A DNA stretch of 64,000 nucleotides. Origin: a virus. Shown here in pieces: positions 50,465 to 58,654 of the stretch (position 1 is the stretch's first letter; each line of letters opens with the position of its first letter). A program made the translations under genes and the position numbers. Below the pieces are notes generated by a model. That model ran no database searches. It was given only the letters and a program-made list of their open reading frames with translations, and was not told where the DNA came from. Where the stretch lies: the IMG/VR virus record IMGVR_UViG_3300045988_124542, positions 1 to 64,000 of that record. The stretch is one strand, 5' to 3'.

Positions 50465-51046
50465 GCTATTATATTATTTATAATTTAGAGGTTGCTCCGG
50501 AATCGAACCGGACACGCATTCCTATCCTATAGAGATTTTATGCTACAACCAACAGCCCGTAATTAGTACGTAGTTCTTTCGTACAGGCTCGTACTATGTT
50601 GTTATTATATTTTCCGTCTGCTACACTATTTCGCCACACATAACGGCATAGTGTCCTTGCGTTTTGATACGGCACGTCCCTACATGGTAGGCTACATGCT
50701 TGTACCCTGTAATTTAATCTACAGCCTTGTTCTATTTTTCGTGTAAGCAAGTAAGACACGTTTCGATCTGGAGACGAACCTCGTACAACGGTATGCTTTC
50801 TAAACTATACTTACATACCTAACATAAACCGCGCTTATTCAACGTAGTTCATGCAGTAATACCAACCCTTTGACTGCCAACGGCAAGGGCCGGTATATCT
50901 ATCCCCAATATATAAAAGAACTTTTTGTTTTGGTAGCTTCTGTCTAAAGCATTCGCGGGACGTGCACCCACTACCAATGGCGAACAGGCGCGTTAAGGTA
51001 CGCGCCGAACCTTTGGCGGACTTAACGGCGTCCCCCCCCTACCTTG

Positions 51047-51586
51047 TTACTGCTGAGTGCTTTCGTGTGCAAGGTATTCACTTACACACTTTGCCACAGT
51101 GCGAATAGAATAAGATTTGATCTTAACAGCCACATAAGTAGCTTTATACTCGTCGTTTTCTTTTATCAACCATTTAGTGCTTTTTTTGGTCTCCAATGAT
51201 TCGGCAGTAGTAAAACCAAATGATTTATATTCGCTACCGTAAACCACATTCTCAGCGCACCAATCAGCCGTTTTAGCCTCAACGCCTTTCTCTTTGTCTG
51301 CATTGGTATCCTTATACACTTTAGAGTATAAAGCAAATTTAACAAATGTATCGTCAACTTTCGGTAACATTTGGCTACACACAGCTACCAGGCGTTTTTT
51401 ATCCTTGGCGAGGGCTGCAACCTTTACGGCGTATTCTGCCGGTATTTCCAAGGCCTTGCAAATAGACTTAAGATCAGCACCATTAGCAAATAAAGCGTTG
51501 TATAACTTTACAGCACCAACCAAATTTGCAGCATTTTCTTTGATAACAGCGTTCTGTAGCTTGTTAATGTTTTTTTTCGTAATCAT
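51047..51586 (-). CDS. hypothetical protein
   Basis: 179-aa ORF, only substantial gene in the 49.2-52.2 kb noncoding region. Confidence 0.55.
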   Translation of the reverse strand: MITKKNINKLQNAVIKENAANLVGAVKLYNALFANGADLKSICKALEIPAEYAVKVAALAKDKKRLVAVCSQMLPKVDDTFVKFALYSKVYKDTNADKEKGVEAKTADWCAENVVYGSEYKSFGFTTAESLETKKSTKWLIKENDEYKATYVAVKIKSYSIRTVAKCVSEYLAHESTQQ

Positions 51587-52065
51587 AACATTATGTATTT
51601 ATTTGTTAAACAAGTGATATTCAATTCAATAGCCCACAACGCAAGCTATTAACAGATACAGATATAGCGTTATCCAACGGATATACTATATAGGTTCATC
51701 ATGTCAGCATGTGTTATCGCTTTAACACATTGCAAATATACTACTTTTATTGTTACTACAAATATATATACTATCTTTTTTTTGTTAACTTGTATTAATT
51801 TCGATTCTATCATCTGATTATCAGCAATTTACAAAACATACAAGAGCAGTATTATGCGCGTACATTAATATGTGGGATATATGTTTATTTAAGTAGCTTA
51901 TAATCAATAGGTTACAATAATACATTGATTATCAATAATTTAAATAAACTATTGATAATCAGCGAGTTTGTAGGTTTGAGGTAAAAACGCGTTTCCGGTT
52001 TTCCAGCGAAGGGGGTGTGGGGGAGAAAACGCGTTTCGGGGGCGGGAGGTTCGTGATAGGTACCC

Positions 52066-52182
52066 CCTCTCTCTCATCACATAAATATTTTTTCTCATAT
52101 CTCTCATCACATAAACCTCTTTCTCATATCTCTCCTATCACATAAACATTTCACCATTCCTCTCCCTCATCACATAAAAGTA
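52066..52182. repeat. four tandem iteron-like repeats (C)TCATCACATAAA with 30-32 bp period
   Basis: copies at ~52073, 52103, 52133, 52165; interleaved TTTCTCATATCTC copies. Confidence 0.75.
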
Positions 52183-52210
52183 TGGGGAACCTATCCAAAG
52201 TTCCCCATAC
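52180..52210. terminator. perfect 11-bp-stem hairpin GTATGGGGAAC...GTTCCCCATAC; terminator for minus-strand gene ending at 52229
   Basis: read directly; T-run on minus strand follows. Confidence 0.6.
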
Positions 52211-52228
52211 TTATTTTACGACCAGTAA

Positions 52229-52621
52229 TTATTTACTTTCCCATATTAGTTTATCTTCGGCTATTCCGATCTTTACTTCCTCGCACTTTCTTCCTATCCA
52301 TCCATTGAGATACGAGAATGGTTCTGAGTTTTTTACTTCTTCTCCTAAGAAATTAAAAGCTTCAGTAGAAACATGGGATGCTTCATGGCAAACTGTTTCA
52401 AAATCAATTATTTTCTTATTAATAAACCATATCAAAAATCCCGTATTAGGATTTAATTTACACCCTCCGTATGGAACGGATACAGTTACAGCCTTGCTAT
52501 TATATACGTAACTAAAATCGTTATTGAAACATTCTACCATGCCAGATACGTCTTTTCCTACGTATATCCACAGATTAAAAGGATAGACTTCCGGATAGAA
52601 CTGATATAATTCACACTTCAT
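52229..52621 (-). CDS. small HExxH-motif protein (putative zinc metallopeptidase-like)
   Basis: CHEASHVSTEAFNFLGEE (HExxH + downstream Glu); last gene of 4-gene operon. Confidence 0.35.
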   Translation of the reverse strand: MKCELYQFYPEVYPFNLWIYVGKDVSGMVECFNNDFSYVYNSKAVTVSVPYGGCKLNPNTGFLIWFINKKIIDFETVCHEASHVSTEAFNFLGEEVKNSEPFSYLNGWIGRKCEEVKIGIAEDKLIWESK

Positions 52622-53586
52622 TTCGATAAAAGTTTTTTACTTTCAAGGAAGTCCTTAAACTGGTCACTTGATACGTCTATAACGAATCCAGCAGCACCAG
52701 CATGTCCTCCACCACCAAATCTCTTACTTACCTCACAGCAATCTACGCCGTCTTCCACGCATTCATAAAGAGAGAACCGGACTTTACCACCTGGCATAAT
52801 ACAAAATGGCATCAGGGCTTTAATTTTTCTACCATCTAACCAGTCAGGTGTAAGAGAATCAAATACTTTGGAACTAAATTCTGTAGTATTCATCGCCACG
52901 ACCTTAACCTCGTCTACGTAAGCTTCGAACGAGCACGCACTTACCTCTTGTTCGTTTTTGCCGGCCATGTAGTTAATTATAGCACGTCCTTCTTTAGCGA
53001 GATCATAGAAAATTAAATCCACCTCATTGTCCTTCATATTTTCTTTAAAATGGTCATACAAATACGACAATGCTATTAACACATTGAGTCTTATTTTTGA
53101 TCTCAAGGCATACTGGACGGCTACCACCGTATCCCAGCCTAAACCGGATTCTTTATTCCACACATCGTAGTCTGATAAGCACCTGACTATCGCCGGCACC
53201 TTCCCCATCAGCAGGTCCGAGGCCAGTGCGCACGCACCGGTACCGACTCTCCTCAACCCTGGAACTACGAACCCCCATGTCTTACTATCTTCGATAATTC
53301 CCTTGTGATGATCTATCCACATCAGGCTCTTTCCTTCATCAAGCCATTTCTTGAAAATCGTTTTAGAATCGGCTCCGAAAGACACGTCAAGAACGTAAAC
53401 AACCCCACATTCATCTACTTTATCAATAACTTTCTTTACATCATCTTCATACGAATACGGGATATAAATAACATCCTTGTTTTTACTGTTTTCGTACATG
53501 GTTGCGATGGCTGCCGACACAACGCCATCTAAATCCGATTTATGATAAACTATCGCCGTTTTATTCACCTTCATAATATTGCACAT
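52618..53586 (-). CDS. DHH-DHHA1 phosphoesterase (NrnA-like nanoRNase/pAp or cyclic-oligonucleotide phosphodiesterase family)
   Basis: motif I IVYHKSDLDGVVSA, DHH motif WIDHHKG, DHHA1 GGGH motif FGGGGHAGAAG; 322 aa. Confidence 0.75.
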   Translation of the reverse strand: MCNIMKVNKTAIVYHKSDLDGVVSAAIATMYENSKNKDVIYIPYSYEDDVKKVIDKVDECGVVYVLDVSFGADSKTIFKKWLDEGKSLMWIDHHKGIIEDSKTWGFVVPGLRRVGTGACALASDLLMGKVPAIVRCLSDYDVWNKESGLGWDTVVAVQYALRSKIRLNVLIALSYLYDHFKENMKDNEVDLIFYDLAKEGRAIINYMAGKNEQEVSACSFEAYVDEVKVVAMNTTEFSSKVFDSLTPDWLDGRKIKALMPFCIMPGGKVRFSLYECVEDGVDCCEVSKRFGGGGHAGAAGFVIDVSSDQFKDFLESKKLLSK

Positions 53587-53598
53587 AACTACCTAAAA

Positions 53599-54159
53599 TT
53601 ATTTACCAACAAACGTGATAACGTCCATATAGTCAATACCGGCATTCTCAGCACATACCTTATCCGAATCAGAGAACTGCCCTGGCAGACCACTGGCGTC
53701 TCCGACCATCAACGAACATCCCTTAAGTTGACTAAAGTTCATACCACGCATTACCGTGTCTTTACACTTCATAAGAATATCATCAATCATGCCCGTGTTA
53801 GGCTTCCTCATCGGATTTTGTTCGTCATTTGAATAACACAACCTTTTTTCATATAGGACGCCTCTTATGCCACGTTTTACCGCCAGATCATGTACGGACC
53901 TCAGTACGTATTCTATCTTAGCTTCAATATCAGCTCCAGAAACAAACCCAGCTTCTACTCCTCCTTGATTGCTTACGATAGCAAACACCTTAACGCCGTT
54001 CTCCTGCATGAGGTCAAGAGCCTTATTCACCACATCCATCTTAATCCTCATATCTGTCAAGTCTGTAGCGAACGTATTCCCAGAAGCGGTTTCTATAAGC
54101 GTCCCGTCAAAATCGAATAGCAGTATTCTTTTGTTTTTAATATCCAAATCGTTCATCAT
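53599..54159 (-). CDS. HAD-superfamily polynucleotide 3'-phosphatase (PNKP-phosphatase-like)
   Basis: motif I FDFDGTL, IVSNQGGV, KPNTGM, MVGDASG: the four PNK 3'-phosphatase-family motifs. Confidence 0.7.
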   Translation of the reverse strand: MMNDLDIKNKRILLFDFDGTLIETASGNTFATDLTDMRIKMDVVNKALDLMQENGVKVFAIVSNQGGVEAGFVSGADIEAKIEYVLRSVHDLAVKRGIRGVLYEKRLCYSNDEQNPMRKPNTGMIDDILMKCKDTVMRGMNFSQLKGCSLMVGDASGLPGQFSDSDKVCAENAGIDYMDVITFVGK

Positions 54160-54566
54160 TTTTCACTCCTACTCTTTTTTATTACCCTAAGCTGAAGACG
54201 GAATAGATTACTGTCTTCTTTTATAATATCATACACAGCATAAGAATTTTCTCCTATATCCCATCCAAGATAATCGAGCAGGTCTTTTAAGTAAACTCTC
54301 TTGTATTTTACACCAAGGTTATTTACCTTAAACGATCTCTCGTCTTCAACATCAGAAGCAGCCAGATAAAAGACCGTATTTTCAACTCCTTCAAATATCT
54401 TCCCTTCTTCTAAGCCGATAACAACCGCATCCGTTACCCCCATCCAATTCAAATTATCGACAGAGATAGTCATTATCTTACTTTTGCTGATTGACAACTT
54501 CCGGATCTTGCTTTCTTTAGTTTTAGATCCTAAAAAATCCTTACTGTTAAAAAAATCTACTTTCAT
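54156..54566 (-). CDS. hypothetical protein, first gene of DHH/phosphatase operon
   Basis: 136-aa ORF with 4-nt overlap to next gene. Confidence 0.45.
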   Translation of the reverse strand: MKVDFFNSKDFLGSKTKESKIRKLSISKSKIMTISVDNLNWMGVTDAVVIGLEEGKIFEGVENTVFYLAASDVEDERSFKVNNLGVKYKRVYLKDLLDYLGWDIGENSYAVYDIIKEDSNLFRLQLRVIKKSRSEK

Positions 54567-54712
54567 GGTTATAATGTTTTATATTGATGTTGCAAATATA
54601 CATAATAAATAATCAACAAAGAAATAAATAGGATTAAAACACGATAAAAAAACCCATAGCACTACGTATTTAATAAAAATAAATCAATGACGTAAGAGAA
54701 TAAAAATAATCA

Positions 54713-54720
54713 TATATTTG
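54713..54720 (+). promoter_or_regulatory. candidate Bacteroidota -7 promoter element TATATTTG (TAnnTTTG)
   Basis: ~30 nt upstream of + gene start 54752 in AT-rich divergent intergenic region. Confidence 0.3.
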
Positions 54721-54751
54721 TCGGTATCTTAATCAATTAAAAATAAATGTC

Positions 54752-55407
54752 ATGGCAGAAATGAAAATAGGTTTTGTAACCTTCAATCCGGGATCAGGTG
54801 ATGGTGATCAGGCGGTTACCGTATCAGGTGAAAAATACGAAGGTCGTGTACAACGCACGCAACAAGTAGAATTTGGTGCCGAATCAGGGGGTGTTAAGAA
54901 AAGTGCTACCATCAACCAATCTCCGGTAGCTGAGTTCGTAAAAATAGATCCTACTGCATCTGTAGGGAAGAAGGTGGTACTGTAACAATCAACGGTACAA
55001 GTAACTCAACTAAATTAACGTTCTCCTTAACTCCGGACGAAACTCATCCTCTGACGTTGGAAATACCTACCTCCTATCAGGCGGCAGGTAAGGCTACCAA
55101 CAACGGCGCTGTTATCGCCGACGACCCTGGTGCAACAGGAGCCTTTGCTTTCAGTATCGTATTCTCCGATATTGCTGCGAACACTGATGTAAACGATCTG
55201 GTAAATACTCTTAAGGTGACGGCCGCCGGAGGTCAGACGGCTAATACGGTTATTACCCAGACAGCAGGTGATCCGTTCTTGGAAATAGACAAGGAGGTAA
55301 TTAACTTGGATGCAAACGGTACTCCTCAGACTATCAACGTTAATGCAAACATCAGGTGGACTATCACTCAAGCTGTTTCTAAGTTGGTAAGGAAAGTAAT
55401 GAAATAA
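54752..55407 (+). pseudogene. Ig-like/BACON-like surface-type protein gene split by a frameshift (ORFs 54752-54985 and 54934/55057-55407)
   Basis: both halves are Gly/Thr/Val-rich with similar beta-repeat character (DQAVTVSGEKYEG vs GGTVTINGTSNST); second reading frame is open from 54934 and only has a TTG start at 55057. Confidence 0.45.
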
Positions 55408-55426
55408 CAATTACTTACAGAAAAAG

Positions 55427-55455
55427 AAAAGGGGCGTCTATTTGGCGTCCCTTTT
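55427..55455. terminator. bidirectional terminator AAAAGGGGCGTC-TATTT-GGCGTCCCTTTT
   Basis: 12-bp stem (with G.U pairs) flanked by A- and T-runs between convergent genes. Confidence 0.65.
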
Positions 55456-55707
55456 TTCTATGCATTGTATGTAGTATTTATCTTTTTGCCTACTGACAAA
55501 AATCTTTTTAAAAATCATCTGTTTTATGATATGGACTCTTTTCCCGTCATCTAATTCCCTCCATATTTCATTAAAGATCAAATCTATTAATTCCATGACC
55601 TTCTTATCAGAGACAAGATTCTTTCTACCGGGGCTGACCCATCCATCATCAGTCATCTTACTGGCTATTTTATTAGCTATCCTGCTTAATTCACGTGGGG
55701 TGCTCAT
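55438..55707 (-). CDS. hypothetical protein
   Basis: 89-aa ORF. Confidence 0.4.
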   Translation of the reverse strand: MSTPRELSRIANKIASKMTDDGWVSPGRKNLVSDKKVMELIDLIFNEIWRELDDGKRVHIIKQMIFKKIFVSRQKDKYYIQCIEKRDAK

Positions 55708-56396
55708 TTTAATACGTTTTTAAATATTCTACCTTTTTCACACTGAAGTATGCAGTCTCTCATGGGATGATCTTGTTCATGATCGTCACACATCGGAAAT
55801 TCTTTTCCATAGGGAAAAGCGATGTGCGGGCACTGCGCCCTGAACGCATCCCAGGCCGACTTCCTTACAGCCTCAGCTCCGGCACGCACGCCCTTCTCTC
55901 TTTCCTTGGCTGGGTCAGCATACACGTTTGAAATAGCTCTTTTCTTCCAAGTAAGCATATTGTAGTAAAACTTATCCACCAGTTTCCTGCCCACTACATC
56001 AAACTTCTGTCTATGAATTAAAGGTGCGGCCTTAACGATGTTCTTCCTATTTTTACTAACATCGACATAAATCAGTCCAGCATAAGACGGAACTTCACTT
56101 ACGTCAATCATATTAGGCGGACAGGCGTAGTAGAAATAGTTTGGAGGATAGCTTATGACACCACCTACCTTAATAATGCCGTCTTTAAGAACCTTATGTT
56201 TTTTATCCTTTTTGAAGTCGTTAAAGAAATCTTGTTTAGACATCTTGACCTCTACTTCATAAGCGTACAATGATCTTGTTATGGCCAGGAAGTCAGATTC
56301 CCAATCATATATATGAAGATTGTTAATAACATACATCGGATTACTTAACAGATCCCTATTAAGGATCTTAAGCATTTGTTGCTCTGGGTAGTTCAT
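55704..56396 (-). CDS. hypothetical protein with C-terminal Cys/His cluster
   Basis: 230-aa ORF. Confidence 0.5.
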   Translation of the reverse strand: MNYPEQQMLKILNRDLLSNPMYVINNLHIYDWESDFLAITRSLYAYEVEVKMSKQDFFNDFKKDKKHKVLKDGIIKVGGVISYPPNYFYYACPPNMIDVSEVPSYAGLIYVDVSKNRKNIVKAAPLIHRQKFDVVGRKLVDKFYYNMLTWKKRAISNVYADPAKEREKGVRAGAEAVRKSAWDAFRAQCPHIAFPYGKEFPMCDDHEQDHPMRDCILQCEKGRIFKNVLK

Positions 56397-56413
56397 TGTC
56401 TTACTTTTTTTAG

Positions 56414-56485
56414 AGGCTTGTGGCGGAATCGAACCGCCCTACGAGATTTTGCAGATCCCTGACTAAACCACTCATCCAACAAGCC
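56414..56485 (-). tRNA. tRNA-Cys (GCA)
   Basis: cloverleaf folded by hand: acceptor GGCTTGT/ACAAGCC, T-arm GGCGG-TTCGATT-CCGCC, anticodon loop CTGCAAA; no encoded CCA. Confidence 0.7.
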
Positions 56486-56488
56486 ATG

Positions 56489-56560
56489 TAGCCCATGCCT
56501 GAATCGAACAGGCAACTTTTGATTAGGACTCAAGGGTTTTATCCGTTAAACTAATGGGCC
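56489..56560 (-). tRNA. tRNA-Arg (CCT), slightly atypical
   Basis: acceptor GGCCCAT/ATGGGCT, T-arm GCCTG-TTCGATT-CAGGC, anticodon loop GTCCTAA; one C.A mismatch in anticodon stem. Confidence 0.5.
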
Positions 56561-56630
56561 ATTTAATGTTTGCTATGTTCACACACCACAAACACTTAGA
56601 TAATTAACACTTTACACAAAATATGTACCG

Positions 56631-56701
56631 TTATCCAAGGAGGATTCGAACCTCCGCTAACAGAACCAAAATCTGTTGTGCTACCACTACACCATTGGAC
56701 A
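56631..56701 (-). tRNA. tRNA-Gln (TTG)
   Basis: U1-A72 acceptor start typical of bacterial tRNA-Gln, T-arm GGAGG-TTCGAAT-CCTCC, anticodon loop TTTTGGT. Confidence 0.65.
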
Positions 56702-56702
56702 G

Positions 56703-56775
56703 TGGTCCCGGAGGGATTTGAACCCACGATCTCGATGTTATGAGCATCTTGCTTTCACCACTAAGCCACAGGACC
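56703..56775 (-). tRNA. tRNA-Met (CAT) (elongator Met or Ile2 type)
   Basis: acceptor GGTCCTG/CGGGACC, T-loop TTCAAAT, anticodon loop CTCATAA. Confidence 0.65.
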
Positions 56776-56781
56776 TTAAAA

Positions 56782-56813
56782 ATATGCAGGAGCCTTCACA
56801 GACGCCTGCATAT
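56782..56813 (-). terminator. hairpin ATATGCAGG...CCTGCATAT followed by T-run on minus strand
   Basis: downstream of gene ending at 56921. Confidence 0.5.
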
Positions 56814-56920
56814 AACAGCTAAATTTTTAACCAATAATTATCCTAAAAACTCTCTCAACGCAAAGTTAAGTACTAACCCATAATATGGCAAACATTAAAA
56901 TATAAAAAGGATTAAAATAC

Positions 56921-57679
56921 CTACTTCTTTTTTTTCTTCTTCTTTTTAGTGTCTTTTACTCGTTCAGCTTCGTTTTCGGGCTCCACAATGTCACCTGCTT
57001 CTTCCTGAATCACATCTGTATCAAGAAGCGTATTGTATTTAACTTCCTTATTTTTATCAAATTTCTCCGATTCTGCCACATCCTTATCTGACTCCTCATC
57101 TTTATCCAATTCCGGCTCAGCGACATTGTTTTTATCTTTCCCGATTATACCTATTTGGTAGCCTCTTAATTCTACTTGCATTAATTTCAGCTTCGATTCT
57201 AACTCTTGTATTGTTTTGGACCCAACCGAAACCTCGTTTTCCAAATCTCCGATTCTGATCCTGGCTTCAATCAATGCATTTGATTTCTTTTTTAATTCAG
57301 ATGAGATACTGTTTTTCTTTTCTTCCAAGTTTCTGATTTTGTAATTAGCCTCATCAAGATCAGACCTGGCTTTGTCAAGATCGACATTGACAGCATCAAG
57401 TTCTTCCGTTTTCTTCTTGACGCTTTTTATCAACTTTTTCTGATTTTCCTTCAAGGCGTCAATCTTTTCCTTAGACTCAGAAAGATCTTTGCCAACAGAT
57501 AAAATCTCTTTATCCTTTGAAGCGATATCTGACTTGAGTTCGGAAAGCCTTTCCTTGTAAGAAGCGGCCTTATCCTGCATTTCCTCAATTTCCTTTGCAA
57601 GATTTTCGGATTTAATAGCTTTCTCCCTGTACATTGACAGCTTGCTGTCTGTGATGAATGTAAAACCTAACATGCTCAT
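56921..57679 (-). CDS. coiled-coil protein with poly-Lys C-terminus
   Basis: 252 aa, heptad-like charged repeats, ends KKKKKKKK. Confidence 0.5.
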   Translation of the reverse strand: MSMLGFTFITDSKLSMYREKAIKSENLAKEIEEMQDKAASYKERLSELKSDIASKDKEILSVGKDLSESKEKIDALKENQKKLIKSVKKKTEELDAVNVDLDKARSDLDEANYKIRNLEEKKNSISSELKKKSNALIEARIRIGDLENEVSVGSKTIQELESKLKLMQVELRGYQIGIIGKDKNNVAEPELDKDEESDKDVAESEKFDKNKEVKYNTLLDTDVIQEEAGDIVEPENEAERVKDTKKKKKKKK

Positions 57680-57697
57680 TTTAAAAATATTTAAACA

Positions 57698-58369
57698 TTA
57701 CTTAACTCCAGAACTACCAAGACCTTTTTCTCCACGTTCATTCCCGTCTTCTACCTCAATATCTGTTACTTCTTCCAATACCATTTTGTATTGTGGAACG
57801 ATTTCCATCTGAGCTATTCGATCGTTTTTGCGGATTACGGTCGGTTTTTTATTGATTTTAGTAAGATTAACCATATACTCTCCTTTGTAGATAAATTCGC
57901 ATTTGCCAGGAGCGTTAGTAACTACCACTCCCTCGTCAAAAGAGAATCCAGATCTTCCTTCCACATTCACACACCAACCTTCTGGTATATTCAACTTGAA
58001 TCCTGTTCCGATTCTAACAGAATAACCTTGATATAAGGTAATTGATTCAAAATCGGAAGGAACATCTATTTCTACTCCCATGTCATTCATCATCTTCACT
58101 ACTCTATATGCACGAATATCACAACAGGCATCACCATCATGTTTGTATTCAGGTGCCACGACATCAGGATACAGCTTCTTAATACCTACCTGAACAGTCT
58201 TCTGATACCCTGGAGTCAAATACGATTCAGGTATTTTATTAACGACCTTATCCTCTTTTTTATGTTTGTTGTTCTTTTCAGAAACAGTATCCTTCTTATT
58301 ATCTTCTTTTTCATAAAGAAGTCTTTCAATATCTTCTAACTTATCCATAATCATATTTTTATAGTACAA
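57698..58369 (-). CDS. dUTPase-family protein (divergent motif III)
   Basis: motif I GDACCDIRAY, II GRSGFSF, III GKCEFIYKGEY (Asp residues replaced), IV DRIAQM, V ERGEKGLGSSG; ~60-aa N-terminal extension. Confidence 0.65.
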   Translation of the reverse strand: MYYKNMIMDKLEDIERLLYEKEDNKKDTVSEKNNKHKKEDKVVNKIPESYLTPGYQKTVQVGIKKLYPDVVAPEYKHDGDACCDIRAYRVVKMMNDMGVEIDVPSDFESITLYQGYSVRIGTGFKLNIPEGWCVNVEGRSGFSFDEGVVVTNAPGKCEFIYKGEYMVNLTKINKKPTVIRKNDRIAQMEIVPQYKMVLEEVTDIEVEDGNERGEKGLGSSGVK

Positions 58370-58608
58370 TAAACAATACCTTCTTTTTTTATGTCCTTCG
58401 TTGATTCATAGCACTCACGAAAAGTACTTATGTCTGCATCATTAGGATCATCGACCCACTCATCTCCTTGCTTATATTTTTCTCTGGTTTCTGAGTAGAT
58501 CATACATAATTTATCCCCATGCTTCGCCATAATCCTTTCTTCTGTCACTTTCCTACGAAGCTTAATAAGGGGAAATCTTGTAACTATTTCTACTGTCATT
58601 CTACACAA
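58351..58608 (-). CDS. hypothetical protein
   Basis: 85-aa ORF. Confidence 0.4.
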   Translation of the reverse strand: MCRMTVEIVTRFPLIKLRRKVTEERIMAKHGDKLCMIYSETREKYKQGDEWVDDPNDADISTFRECYESTKDIKKEGIVYCTIKI

Positions 58609-58654
58609 TCTTTAAAAGCCCAAGAGATGTTATTCTCCTGGGCTGATGTTTATA

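Noticed and set aside
50538-50759. 73-aa minus-strand ORF
   Set aside because: Cys/Arg-rich odd composition inside a stretch that looks like structured RNA next to a tRNA-like element; no coupled neighbours.
52066-52182. Possible CRISPR array (regular repeats)
   Set aside because: Repeat unit is only ~14 bp with ~16-bp spacers that are themselves repeated (TTTCTCATATCTC); no Cas genes nearby; fits iterons, not CRISPR.
55704-56396. Possible RNA/DNA ligase based on a KDG tripeptide (VLKDGIIKV)
   Set aside because: No other nucleotidyltransferase-ligase motifs (III, IV, V) recognisable; a single KxDG is common by chance.
56489-56560. Amber-suppressor (CTA anticodon) reading of the second tRNA, which would imply TAG recoding as in some crAss-like phages
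   Set aside because: A CTA reading puts C at position 33 and gives no anticodon stem; CCT (Arg) folds acceptably. Long ORFs in the window translate without in-frame stops under the standard code.
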